Positions 37,747 to 47,812 are shown, numbered from the stretch's first letter. The stretch: DNA of 51,856 bases from Methanomicrobiales archaeon (GCA_037137755.1 JBAXJR010000017.1:1-51856), one strand, 5' to 3'. Translations and numbers: made by a program. The notes: generated by a model not told the origin, from the sequence alone.

Positions 37747-39927
37747 TTAAGCCCGGGCATATGTTAGATCAAGGGACGCCTTGCCGAGCGTAATAGATGA
37801 GATAGCGTCGGTGAGAACAGGACCGGTAACCTTGCTGGCGTCACCTGGAAGACTTGGTGGACCAGATAGTGCATACAGGGTAAAGGTGTAGACCTTGTCC
37901 CCGGGGCCCACCGAGCATGGAGGATCGTAGGTCATGATCGTCCCGTGGCTACCCGTTCCTACGGTACCGACTCCCACAGTATTCTTGGCGAGGCGGGATG
38001 TCGGCGCGGGTATGCCATACAATACCCAGTTCCACTTGGTCGTCCCATCACCCGGTAACGTTGTCATCATCAGAGCGAACTCTTCTGTACCGGCAGGTGC
38101 ACCGGACCAGGACAGTGCAGGGGAAGACCCTGCACCATCGCACGTGTATTCAACCGGTAATCTGCCGCCGTCAATAACGGCATTGCTGGTAAGCGAAAAA
38201 ACCTGTTTTTGGGCGATTTGATTTGTTTGTATATTCAGGAAACGATTCAGGGTTGATATTCCCTGTTGCTGCCATCGGGTAATCATGGTGGTTGGAGTTA
38301 CAACCGCTTTTGTAGGGGTGGTAAGCGGTGTGACAGGAGTGATTGTTGTCGGAAGGACCCGTGGTGTTTTTGTGACGGAAACCTTTGGGGTAATTGTGGG
38401 CGTTGGTGTTGTCGGACGTAGCGTCGGTGCTTTTGTGATCACAACTTTTGGCGTAGTTGAAGGGGTTGGGCTTACGGTCGCCACCTGCAGTCCCTGTAGC
38501 CAGGTAGACATTTGTGAACTGTCGTACTTCCCGACACCGAAGAGGAAATCAGAGGGTATATTCTGTGGCATGCTGATCGCCTGGGAATACAGGTATGCCC
38601 CTTCGCAGACGTAGCCGTCGAGGTTCCGGAGTGCTACCATCTTCTGTTCCTGCTCGTTTGTCGTGGATTTCCCCACTTCTGCAAAGTGTGTTGCGTAATA
38701 ATACGATATCTCGCCGTCCAGTTCCCCGTATCGTGCAGAAAGGGACCTGACAAGGCTCTCGTCTATGGTATCCCCGGTTAATGCTGTACGGAGTTCGGTT
38801 GCAATTGCAGTCCGTTTCGCCACAATCTCGTTGAGATCAGCACGCTGGAGGTCAACAAGGCTCGTGATCTTCTCTTTTTGCGTGGAGGTCAGCAGGTCCA
38901 GGAACTCCTGCCCGGAATCACCAGTAAGGGTTGTACTGATGGAGTAGCCCGAATTGCCCATTGCAGGCCGGTCTTTCATGTAGAATGAACCGAAGTAGGT
39001 CGCCTGACGTTCAGGGCAGAAATACACGTCTGATTCAACATCCCCCGCGTACCATCCGAACATTTCGCTGGCATAGGTCCGAATCGCAACCGAGTTGTCC
39101 TGGCCACTTTTTCTGAGGGCGGCGGATGCATCTGCGACCGGCCATGTCTTCATTCCCCCGGATGCCATCTTGTCGAGATAAGCCCGCTGGGTCTGGTTAA
39201 GGGACCGGATCACACTGGCATAGGTCTTCGCCCTCCCCAGGCTGATGCTTGCATCAACATCATACAGTTTTGCCGAGTATGCCATCACGGCGGTTTTGTC
39301 AAGGCCACTGCTCCCGGAAGGGATCGACCCATCAAGCTGGGCACGGAACGCTTTCATCAGGGGGAACCGCATATATTCGTACTGGCTCGAAAGCGGGGCC
39401 TCTGTTTTTGATAGTGCAACAAATTGTGCCAACTGGTCGTCATTGAGGATAGATAACACATTATCCGCGGCCCGAGTGACAAAATCAGTATTGTGTCCCA
39501 TCTCCGTGGCATCGTTGTCACGGAGGTACTGGAAACCTGCATAATCAGCAACTTTGCCGGGTGGCAGGAACGTATCGCTGCAGGCCTGGCCTGTCAGGAA
39601 AGCCAGTGCGTCAAACGCAATCGTTGCCTGCTGGCCCTGGTCGGAAAGGGTCTGTTCCATAGTATATGCCTGGTTACCACCCTTCCCTTGGGTTGTTCCG
39701 CCGTTCCCGGCCCCAATCTGGACCTGAACAGGATTAATTACATAATTATTCGTCATCTGCTGTTGCGGTCCCGTTCCGTTTCCTGGTAACTTGGAACTGG
39801 TCCCCGGGGGCTGTTGCCAGGCGATACCTGACGTACCTGCTGCACTGGCCGCTGCTATCACAAGTGCTATGATACTAAACGCGGCGACAACAAGGCCTAT
39901 CTTCTTTGATATGTTCATCGTTGACAT
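37747..39927 (-). CDS. Secreted protein: unknown ~400-aa domain, T/P linker, C-terminal YbhB/YbcL (PEBP/RKIP-like) domain
   Basis: Signal peptide; C-terminal LPVEYTCDG..SPALSWSGAPAGT..FAL..YDPPC..YTFTLYAL. Confidence 0.8.
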   Translation of the reverse strand: MSTMNISKKIGLVVAAFSIIALVIAAASAAGTSGIAWQQPPGTSSKLPGNGTGPQQQMTNNYVINPVQVQIGAGNGGTTQGKGGNQAYTMEQTLSDQGQQATIAFDALAFLTGQACSDTFLPPGKVADYAGFQYLRDNDATEMGHNTDFVTRAADNVLSILNDDQLAQFVALSKTEAPLSSQYEYMRFPLMKAFRAQLDGSIPSGSSGLDKTAVMAYSAKLYDVDASISLGRAKTYASVIRSLNQTQRAYLDKMASGGMKTWPVADASAALRKSGQDNSVAIRTYASEMFGWYAGDVESDVYFCPERQATYFGSFYMKDRPAMGNSGYSISTTLTGDSGQEFLDLLTSTQKEKITSLVDLQRADLNEIVAKRTAIATELRTALTGDTIDESLVRSLSARYGELDGEISYYYATHFAEVGKSTTNEQEQKMVALRNLDGYVCEGAYLYSQAISMPQNIPSDFLFGVGKYDSSQMSTWLQGLQVATVSPTPSTTPKVVITKAPTLRPTTPTPTITPKVSVTKTPRVLPTTITPVTPLTTPTKAVVTPTTMITRWQQQGISTLNRFLNIQTNQIAQKQVFSLTSNAVIDGGRLPVEYTCDGAGSSPALSWSGAPAGTEEFALMMTTLPGDGTTKWNWVLYGIPAPTSRLAKNTVGVGTVGTGSHGTIMTYDPPCSVGPGDKVYTFTLYALSGPPSLPGDASKVTGPVLTDAISSITLGKASLDLTYARA

Positions 39928-40042
39928 TCTCCTTTTCTGGTATATCCCAAAATTAGGGCTATTATGCAGATTAATCAGGAAAAGAGATAAGGAAATGCCA
40001 GAATTTGCCCCGGATTACACCCAAATCATACCCAAATCTGGA

Positions 40043-40498
40043 TCATTCAAGGCTGATCCAGATGAGGATTACCAGGGCAGCCGTTGCACAGAGATCAGGT
40101 ACGATCTGGAACACCCCGACAAAGTCCGGCCGACCACCAAGGAGACTCACAAGCAGCGGGTTGGATGTGATTGCATACATGCCCAGGGCAAAGATCACTG
40201 CCATCAGACCGAGGGTAAATGAGCTCCGAATCTTCCGGTAAATCCCTGCATAAATAATAAACAGGGGGATGATCAGGCCGATATTAATGAATGATATTAC
40301 CGTTTTAAGATTCTCCATCGGTGTAGGGGTTTGCTGGATGGGACGTGGCTGTTGAGGGGAGTTAGGGATTTGATTTTGCGGGGTGTTTTGCACGGCTCCG
40401 GGCGCTGGTGTTTTAATAATCATCGGGATTAGGAAACTGGCAAGTACGAGAACAATCACCGAAATTAGAATTAAAACGACAAGATTTTTTTTCTCCAT
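40043..40498 (-). CDS. Hypothetical membrane protein (~4 TM)
   Basis: Hydrophobic segments and YRKIRSSFTLGL; 1 bp downstream of the wHTH gene. Confidence 0.75.
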   Translation of the reverse strand: MEKKNLVVLILISVIVLVLASFLIPMIIKTPAPGAVQNTPQNQIPNSPQQPRPIQQTPTPMENLKTVISFINIGLIIPLFIIYAGIYRKIRSSFTLGLMAVIFALGMYAITSNPLLVSLLGGRPDFVGVFQIVPDLCATAALVILIWISLE

Positions 40499-40499
40499 T

Positions 40500-40802
40500 C
40501 TATCTTTCCTCTCTTACCACTTCTGGTACATCGACCTGTTTCCAGATCTCCATGAAGTCTTCATATCTCGTGTTCATCTGGTCAGTTAGAAAATACATTG
40601 TTCCGTATCCCTCCCCCATTGATCGGACAACCTGGTGCTTTTTCAAAACATCAAGGTGGTGGCGGACCGTTTTATAATCAAGGCTGAACAAAGAGGTCAA
40701 CTGGTTGGCATTATAAGGCCGTTTATGGAGTACCTGAATTATCCGGGCCCTGTTAATGCCTCCTTTTGAACCAGCGATCAACCACCACAGTAATTGTTTC
40801 AC
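40500..40802 (-). CDS. ArsR-like winged-helix transcriptional regulator
   Basis: LLWWLIAGSKGGINRARII..RPYNANQL..LDYKTVRHHLDVL..YGTMYFL, an archaeal wHTH type. Confidence 0.88.
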   Translation of the reverse strand: MKQLLWWLIAGSKGGINRARIIQVLHKRPYNANQLTSLFSLDYKTVRHHLDVLKKHQVVRSMGEGYGTMYFLTDQMNTRYEDFMEIWKQVDVPEVVREER

Positions 40803-40953
40803 TTCGGCACTCCAAATCCAGGGCTGATATATCCTATTGTGATAGTGAGGGTAATAAAAGGGTTATCCGGACGGGCAATAAACGACGACGGCCGAATAAA
40901 AAATATAACGTAAAAAAAGAGCGGTTTTCTCAAGGGCGTATCTCCCGCCCTCC

Positions 40954-42105
40954 TTACAACTGGACCAGATATTCATAGGCTTCCAGCGCTGCCTTGGCCC
41001 CTTCTCCCGCCGCAATGATGATTTGTTTGCCCTTGATATTCGTTACATCTCCTGCAGCGAAAATTCCCGGAACGCTGGTATGACAGTTAATATCGATAAT
41101 GATCTCTTTCTGGTCATTGAGCTTCACAAGACCAGAAACAAAATCAGTGTTGGGTGACCAGCCGATCTCTGCAAATACTCCATCGAGGGTAATTTTTATT
41201 TCCTCACTGGTGAGCCGGTCTTTGATAGTTATTGCGTTAAGGAGGGTATTCCCGTGAAGTACGGTCACGACCGAATTGGAATGGAGAATAATGTTTTTTT
41301 GTCCTTCGAGCAGCTTGACATACACTTCATCGGCCCTGATAGTGCTTCTCACAATGAGATGAACTTCTTTTGCGATCTTACTCATTTCGACCGCAGTCTG
41401 AAGGGCGGAATTTCCACCGCCTACAACAGCCACGACCTTACTTTTGAATAGCGGCCCGTCACAGGTTGAACAGACCGACAGGCCCCTGCCGAGAAAACGT
41501 TCCTCTCCATCGACACCGAGTTTTTTCGGTTGTTTCCCTGGTACAAGGATAACCGTACGCGCAAGATAAGTAGTATCCGTGGCGGTGTGGATTGTGAATA
41601 TTCCCTCAGACGGGATAATTTCCCTGACCTGGTCGAGCTCGAGACTGATTTTCTGCTCTTTTACCTGGTCCTCAAATTTCTTCATCAGCTCATCGCCGGT
41701 GATCATCCGGTACCCCATGTAATTCTCGATGGTCCAGCTTGCAAGGGCCTGGCCACCGATATTTTCAGTGATGACCACGGCTGTGAGGAGCTTCCTCGCG
41801 CAGTACACGGCAGCAGTCAGGCCGGCGGGCCCAGCACCTATAATGACAACATCAAGAATTTCACCTTCGGTACCGGTACCAAAAATCTCGTTGAGCCGCT
41901 GGGCGTCAAACCCGATAATTATCTCATCGTCAATGGTGATAACCGGGACACCACGCTGGCCGGAGATCTCGATCATGTGCTTTGCTGCTTCCTCGTCTTC
42001 CCCGACATCGATTGATGTATACGATATAGAGTGTTTTTCGAGAAACGCCTTTGCCATCCTGCAATAGGGGCAGTTTTTTGTGGAATATACGGTAACCTGA
42101 GGCAT
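40954..42105 (-). CDS. Glutaredoxin-like domain fused to a thioredoxin-reductase-type flavoprotein
   Basis: N-terminal CPYC...GQRGVP, then IGAGPAG, CSTCDG, VGGGNSA and IFAAGD. Start MPQV at 42105. Confidence 0.9.
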   Translation of the reverse strand: MPQVTVYSTKNCPYCRMAKAFLEKHSISYTSIDVGEDEEAAKHMIEISGQRGVPVITIDDEIIIGFDAQRLNEIFGTGTEGEILDVVIIGAGPAGLTAAVYCARKLLTAVVITENIGGQALASWTIENYMGYRMITGDELMKKFEDQVKEQKISLELDQVREIIPSEGIFTIHTATDTTYLARTVILVPGKQPKKLGVDGEERFLGRGLSVCSTCDGPLFKSKVVAVVGGGNSALQTAVEMSKIAKEVHLIVRSTIRADEVYVKLLEGQKNIILHSNSVVTVLHGNTLLNAITIKDRLTSEEIKITLDGVFAEIGWSPNTDFVSGLVKLNDQKEIIIDINCHTSVPGIFAAGDVTNIKGKQIIIAAGEGAKAALEAYEYLVQL

Positions 42106-42218
42106 TGATACCCTGCATTTCAGATCTATCCGGATATAAAGATGCTGGAACACCCGGGACTAAAAAGGGATAATCCCAAAAGTAATCCGAAAAAAAGTGA
42201 GTCAGGCCAAGTGCCAGG

Positions 42219-42725
42219 TTATTCAATTTCCCTGAAGACTTTTTTGAACGCACTGCAGATCGGGCATCTCTCCGGGGGTTCACCACGGAAGATGTTCCCA
42301 CAAATAGGGCAGAGCAGGACTTTCTGCCCGGAAAGGTCATGTCCTCCACTGATCGCCTTTAATGCCTCCTTGTAAAGGTTGGCGTGGACTTCTTCTGCTT
42401 TCATTGCATACGTGAAGGCAATGACCGCATCGCTCTGCTTCTCTGCGTCCCCTTCTTTAACGAAGCCGGGGTACATCTCGGTATATTCATGGGTCTCACC
42501 GGTAACAGAGGCTTTCAGATTGTCTTCGGTCTTACCGATTGACCCAAGCACTTTCAGGAGCCGCTTTGCGTGGATCGCTTCCGCTTCTGATGCCGCGGTG
42601 AAGAGTTTCGCGACATTGGTAAACCCTTCATCCTTCGCCTTGTCAGCGAACGCCGAATATTTTCGGTTTGCCTGTGATTCCCCGGCAAACGCCTCCATTG
42701 CATTCTCTTTTGTTGCCATGATCAT
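42219..42725 (-). CDS. rbr: Rubrerythrin
   Basis: AFAGESQA, EAIHA, GETHEYTEMYP and EEVH; C-terminal CPICG...CPIC. Confidence 0.93.
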   Translation of the reverse strand: MIMATKENAMEAFAGESQANRKYSAFADKAKDEGFTNVAKLFTAASEAEAIHAKRLLKVLGSIGKTEDNLKASVTGETHEYTEMYPGFVKEGDAEKQSDAVIAFTYAMKAEEVHANLYKEALKAISGGHDLSGQKVLLCPICGNIFRGEPPERCPICSAFKKVFREIE

Positions 42726-42972
42726 CTAGTGGGACAAAATCGGTTATAACTGTATTCATCGTTCTGGTGCAGGAGGGTCAATTTGGTTCAGTGCTATTTT
42801 TCGGAGAATCGTAACCGGGACAGTAGACGATAAAAAAATCGGATAGTATTCCGGAACCCTTTTACATCATCACCACACCACGCTGATATCTGGAACTCTG
42901 CCGGCGGAGCCATTCGTTTACGAAACGGCCGGTTGATGAAACGACCGGGTGATAGAACGATGGTGCTTGGGT

Positions 42973-43641
42973 ATGAAAAAGATGAAACAATTGCCGGAAC
43001 ATGACCGGCCAAGGGAACGGATACGACGTCTTGGTCCCGGGGCGCTCTCTGACAGGGACTTGATTGCAGCGATTATCGGCAGGGGTATACCCGGAAGAGA
43101 CGTGCTCGTGGTGGCAGGAGATATCGAGAAAGAGCTCAGTTCCGGCAGGGAACACCTTACCTATGAAAAACTGGAAGAGATCCCGGGGGTTGGTCCGACA
43201 AAAGCCGCACAAATTTCTGCATGCTTCGAACTTTCACGCCGTTATCCGGTGAAAGAAGAGGTAGTGGCCCATAAAATATCCCGTCCGGAAGACGCACTGC
43301 CCCTGCTCCATGGAATATCAAATAAAAAACAGGAGTATTTTATCTGCATTACCATGAACGGCGCCGGGGAAGTAATCGGGAACCGTATCATAACCGTCGG
43401 GCTGCTGAACCACAGCCTTGTCCACCCGAGAGAGGTCTTTGCAGATGCTATAACGGACCGGGCTGCATCGATCATCTGTGTCCATAACCACCCTTCCGGG
43501 ACGCTTGAGCCAAGTCCGCAGGACCTTGAGGTTACGAGGCAGTTGACAGAAGCGGGGGCGATCCTCGGCATCCGGCTCCTTGACCACCTTATCGTAACAA
43601 AAGACGGCCACCTCTCGATGAAAGAGAGGGGGTACCTTTAG
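42973..43641 (+). CDS. radC: RadC (UPF0758) JAB-domain protein
   Basis: RPRER, HhH motif IPGVGPTKA, VHPREVF, HNHPSG...PSPQD and LLDHLI. Confidence 0.93.
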   Translation: MKKMKQLPEHDRPRERIRRLGPGALSDRDLIAAIIGRGIPGRDVLVVAGDIEKELSSGREHLTYEKLEEIPGVGPTKAAQISACFELSRRYPVKEEVVAHKISRPEDALPLLHGISNKKQEYFICITMNGAGEVIGNRIITVGLLNHSLVHPREVFADAITDRAASIICVHNHPSGTLEPSPQDLEVTRQLTEAGAILGIRLLDHLIVTKDGHLSMKERGYL

Positions 43642-43967
43642 GCGATCTGGGTCGTCCACGTCGATTTGCCGGTTATCATGTTCCTTTTTTTACCCTGGTG
43701 ATGACATGGAGAGTCGATTTTTCCCGGAGTGCCTGGTCAGGCAGTTTTGCGGTATTCCCTTTCACAAGGGGACTGCCGGGGAACCCGAGGATCTTCATTC
43801 CGATGAGAGAAGAGTATCCACGAATGGTGCGGTATACCTTTTGTGTAGCCGGAGGCGGTCACGCTTTCCCTGAAGATCTGGTATTTAAATGAGATTCCGG
43901 CAATTAAAGAGAACAAACACAACTAATAAATAACTCACTGCACCAATTACAAAAACAGGTGATAGTT

Positions 43968-44198
43968 ATGACCGAAACCAAACAGTATAAAGCAGGCTCA
44001 AAGGTCGGCCCTGGGAAATATGTATGCCTTGATTGCGGAAAGGAGTATGAACTTGACAAGAGCGAACAGGACCTCCGCAAATGTCCTGCCTGTGCATGTG
44101 AAGAGTACCAGTGTCTCCCGATGCATCACATCAGGCCGGATGTAAAAACACCGGAAGATGCAAAGAATCCACCCAAGCGTGGCCAGAGCAACCAGTAA
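43968..44198 (+). CDS. Small zinc-ribbon protein
   Basis: GPGKYVCLDCG...CPAC; AGGTG RBS upstream and a T-tract after the stop. Confidence 0.78.
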   Translation: MTETKQYKAGSKVGPGKYVCLDCGKEYELDKSEQDLRKCPACACEEYQCLPMHHIRPDVKTPEDAKNPPKRGQSNQ

Positions 44199-44327
44199 TA
44201 TATTTTTTTTCTTCCTCATACCGTCAGGGCATACGAACACCGGCAATGAACAGGTCTCAAACAAAGATCCGGTTCATTGCCGGAAAGGCAATCTGCCTTA
44301 TCAGACCATTCGGGAGAACAGGGCACT

Positions 44328-44456
44328 ATGGTAAATGTATCGAAAGAAGGACAGGTCTACGAATGCGAGATCTGTGGTAATATAGTGGTAGTAAAGGCAG
44401 TAGGCGGGGGAGAACTCGTCTGTTGCGGTGAGCCGATGAAACTTACAGAAGGGTGA
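44328..44456 (+). CDS. Desulforedoxin-like FeS4 protein (42 aa)
   Basis: Below the ORF-track cutoff. [42 protein letters not shown] carries the CxxCGN...CCG signature. Confidence 0.9.
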   Translation: MVNVSKEGQVYECEICGNIVVVKAVGGGELVCCGEPMKLTEG

Positions 44457-44461
44457 ACAAA

Positions 44462-44806
44462 ATGACAAAAGACATGGATGAACTTGAAAAGAAAATAGGA
44501 AAAGTCCCGAAATTCTTCAGGGAACTGACTGAAAACGACCCCGTAATGTTTGATATGGTGATGAAACTTGAGGGCCATATCTGGGACGACGGGGCATTGA
44601 CAAAAAAGACTAAGAAACTTATCGCAATCGCAATTGCAGCATCTCTTCGGGACCAGCATGCCGTGCATGCGCAGCTGATTGGTGCCGAGAGCCTCGGAGT
44701 GACAAAGAAAGAAGTGGAAGAGGCTCTCAGGGTCGCATTCCTGCTTGCAGGGATGCCGGCATATGTCTACGGAAAAGCCCAGCTTGACGAAGTAATGAAG
44801 AAGTGA
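44462..44806 (+). CDS. Carboxymuconolactone decarboxylase/AhpD-like family protein
   Basis: DGALTKKTKKLIAIAIA...AESLGVTKKEVEEAL..AGMPA; contains no cysteine. Confidence 0.85.
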   Translation: MTKDMDELEKKIGKVPKFFRELTENDPVMFDMVMKLEGHIWDDGALTKKTKKLIAIAIAASLRDQHAVHAQLIGAESLGVTKKEVEEALRVAFLLAGMPAYVYGKAQLDEVMKK

Positions 44807-44816
44807 GGGAAAAAAC

Positions 44817-45464
44817 ATGTGTGGAGAAATGGGGTCAGGCCGGATGCCTATGATCGGTGAACCGGCGCCAGACTTTACCGCCGAGACCACGCAGGGCCCG
44901 CTTAAGCTATCTGACCTGAAAGGGAAGTGGGTTGTCATGTTCTCACACCCTGCCGATTTCACGCCGGTCTGTACAACCGAGTTCCTTGCATTCGCAACTG
45001 TTTATGACGAGCTCAAGGCAATGAATGTGCAGTTAATCGGCCTTTCCGTGGACAGTGTTTCTGCCCACCTGGCATGGGTGCATGCAGTGAAAGAGAAGAT
45101 GGGGGTGGATATCCCGTTCCCGATCATTGCTGACCTTTCGATGAATATTGCAAAGAGTTATGGCATGATCCACGCGGGACAGAGCACAACCGCGACAGTC
45201 CGCTGTGTATTTTTCATCGATGACAAGGGGATTACCAGGGCGATGATCTACTATCCATTGCAGAACGGGAGATATATCCCGGAGATTATCCGCCTCGTGA
45301 AGGCACTCCAGATGACCGATAAGAATAAGGTGTCAACACCCGCAAACTGGCAACCTGGTGACAAGGTCGTCGTCCCGCCCCCCAAAACCGCGGCTGAAAT
45401 GGCAAAGCGGCCGACAGAGGGCTACGAGTGCAAAGACTGGTACCTCTGTTTTAAATCCGTCTAA
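44817..45464 (+). CDS. Peroxiredoxin (Prx6/archaeal type)
   Basis: FSHPADFTPVCTTEF, TPANWQPG and C-terminal CKDWYLC. Confidence 0.94.
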   Translation: MCGEMGSGRMPMIGEPAPDFTAETTQGPLKLSDLKGKWVVMFSHPADFTPVCTTEFLAFATVYDELKAMNVQLIGLSVDSVSAHLAWVHAVKEKMGVDIPFPIIADLSMNIAKSYGMIHAGQSTTATVRCVFFIDDKGITRAMIYYPLQNGRYIPEIIRLVKALQMTDKNKVSTPANWQPGDKVVVPPPKTAAEMAKRPTEGYECKDWYLCFKSV

Positions 45465-45511
45465 AACACTGCAACAATCTTTTTTTATCCTACGCCGCCA
45501 AAGGCTCATTC

Positions 45512-46135
45512 ATGCCCATAAAGGTCCTTGCATTCGCTTCGAGCCCGCGAAGGGGCGGGAATTCAGAGACGCTCCTCGACTGGCTGCTTTCGTCAATGAG
45601 TCGTGAGAGCGATGTGACCGTCGAGAAGATTGTAATGGTTGATGCGGATATTAATCCCTGCCGGGGATGCAATGCCTGCGAAAAGCTCAATTATTGTGTC
45701 CAGAGAGACGGGATGGACCGTGTTCATGATAAAATAATCGAGGCGGATATTATTGTGTTTGCTTCCCCTATCTTCTGCATGGGGATCCCTGCGCAGGGAA
45801 AATCCTTAATCGACCGTGCACAGGTGTTCCGGTCAAGAAAATACGTCCTGAAACTCCCGGTCGTCCCCCCGGAGCGCAAAGGTAAACGGATGGGCATTTA
45901 CCTGGGGACCGCAGGGCAAACATGGGAGAATGTTTTTGACGGGGCGATCATGTCGGTCAAATGCCTTTTTCATGTAATTGAGATACGGGACCGAGATATC
46001 CAGTACCTGTTCATCAGGGGGGTTGACGAAAAAGGTGCAATCCTTTCACATCCAACAGCTAAAACCGATGCGGAACAGCTCGGCCCGAAAGTAATCGCCG
46101 AACTCAGGAGCAGGCTCCAGAGTGAGAATGTATGA
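45512..46135 (+). CDS. Iron-sulfur flavoprotein / flavodoxin family
   Basis: SSPRRGGNS, PCRGCNAC..C, ASPIF and LIDRAQ motifs. Confidence 0.88.
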   Translation: MPIKVLAFASSPRRGGNSETLLDWLLSSMSRESDVTVEKIVMVDADINPCRGCNACEKLNYCVQRDGMDRVHDKIIEADIIVFASPIFCMGIPAQGKSLIDRAQVFRSRKYVLKLPVVPPERKGKRMGIYLGTAGQTWENVFDGAIMSVKCLFHVIEIRDRDIQYLFIRGVDEKGAILSHPTAKTDAEQLGPKVIAELRSRLQSENV

Positions 46136-46728
46136 CGGTCACAGTTCTTGGGATCTCGGGCAGCCCCCACCGTCATGGTAATACCGAGACATTGCTGGAT
46201 AGTTTTCTTGACGGTGCCCTCAGTGCTGGTGCAGAAACTGACAAGATTATTTTAAGCACTATGAAGTACACCCCGTGCCGGGGATGCAATGCCTGTCATA
46301 AAACAGGGGAATGCATTGTCCAGGACGACGCCGAGATAATCATTGAACGGATCATGTCCTGTGACGGCCTTGCCGTCGCCTCACCAATATACAGCATGGG
46401 GATTACGGCAGAGTTGAAGGGGCTGATCGACAGGGCCCAGTATATATGGGCACAAAAGTTTATACTGAAGTCCCGTTTTTACCAGGATGATGTAATCCGG
46501 CGCCATAAAGGCGTATTCATCTCAACCGCAGGTCTGCCGTGGGAACATGTGTTTGATGCGGCTTTTCCTGCGATAACGGCATTTTTCAACACGCTTGGCA
46601 TCGAATACTATGACAATATCATCGCCAACGATATGGACACCTACAAGGGGATCAGAGGACATCCAACTGCACTATCAGAGGCATTCACAAAAGGGGAAAA
46701 AGTAGTCAGAGTTACCGAATCCCTTTAA
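46132..46728 (+). CDS. Iron-sulfur flavoprotein / flavodoxin family (tandem paralog)
   Basis: GSPHRHGNT, PCRGCNAC..C, ASPIY and LIDRAQ; 4-bp overlap with the previous gene. Confidence 0.88.
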   Translation: MTVTVLGISGSPHRHGNTETLLDSFLDGALSAGAETDKIILSTMKYTPCRGCNACHKTGECIVQDDAEIIIERIMSCDGLAVASPIYSMGITAELKGLIDRAQYIWAQKFILKSRFYQDDVIRRHKGVFISTAGLPWEHVFDAAFPAITAFFNTLGIEYYDNIIANDMDTYKGIRGHPTALSEAFTKGEKVVRVTESL

Positions 46729-46794
46729 ACCACTTCTTGACTAATTGAGATGATATCAATATTGGAGGATAATTTTCCATTAACGGGCGGTTAA

Positions 46795-47663
46795 CTAAGT
46801 CCGGGAGTGTTCTGCATTCCTTATTGCAATCGCGCCATAGCACATATCTTCTCCCATCCTCGTCAGCAATTCCTCTTCCTCCCTGTCAAATGCATCAGGT
46901 TCGCAGGAATATATCTTCAGGACGCATGAAACGGTACTTTCGTACAGCAGGGGAATGGTTATTGAAGAGGCATAACCACGTCTTTTAGCCTCATCACGCC
47001 ACATATCCGTAAAGTCTTCCTCCAGGTCCCGGGCGATTGCGGGACTCTTGGTAGAGATTGCCCGCCGTGTGTGTCCTGCACCGGTTTCATGTTCTCCCCA
47101 TGCAATCTTCACTGATGACAAGTACCCATCTTCAAATCCCGCGTATACAACCGGTCGGACTGACGTTTCTGCATCATAGTGAACACACCCTATCCACACA
47201 AACCGGTAACCCCCCATACTAATGATTGTTTCACAACATTGCCGGTATAATTCCAGTTCATTCGTAGAAATATGAATAATCCGGTTACATTCGATAAACA
47301 TTCGAAGGGCCCTGTTAAGGCGATATATTCGTTCCTAGTCTCTCCTCTTTGCAACGGCCATTCTGATTTTGTGGATAAGCTCGGTGAACTGCGCCGAGGG
47401 ATTTCCTCCCTGCCCTGCCCGGTAAAGAGGATAAACGGGATCCGGTTCCCCTCCGAACGGATAACCTTGAGAAACTGGATCCCGTCAGTCCCAGGCATAC
47501 GAAAATCTGAAACTATGGCATCATAATGGCAGGTGGCAAGTGTGTCAAGCGAATCAGCAACACAAATCTTCGTGTGAACCTCTATGTCCTCCTCCTGTTC
47601 GAGAAATATTTTACCGATTTCGAGCAAATCAGGTTCATCGTCAGTATATAGGATTCTGATCAT
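46795..47663 (-). pseudogene. Receiver (REC)-GAF signalling protein, disrupted
   Basis: The REC domain (YTDDEP, SDFRMPG, FTGQGREE) breaks at ~47400 and continues in another frame as PSAQFTELIHKIRMAV. An in-frame TAG at 47335-47337 precedes the GAF domain (RRGYASSITIPL). Confidence 0.8.
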
Positions 47664-47812
47664 CACAGGCCCCACTTGGTAGTAGGAAGTATATTACCAC
47701 CTCACACTTTATTAACTAATCTACAAAATGTGCCGGATGCTGCCCAAAATTTCGAATCGACGTGACATTGCTCCATGTGGTTATCTTCCCGGGGACCCTG
47801 ATAACCCAGGAT

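Noticed and set aside
47335-47337. Pyrrolysine read-through of the in-frame TAG
   Set aside because: The gene already has an upstream frameshift and no pyl genes are visible in the window.
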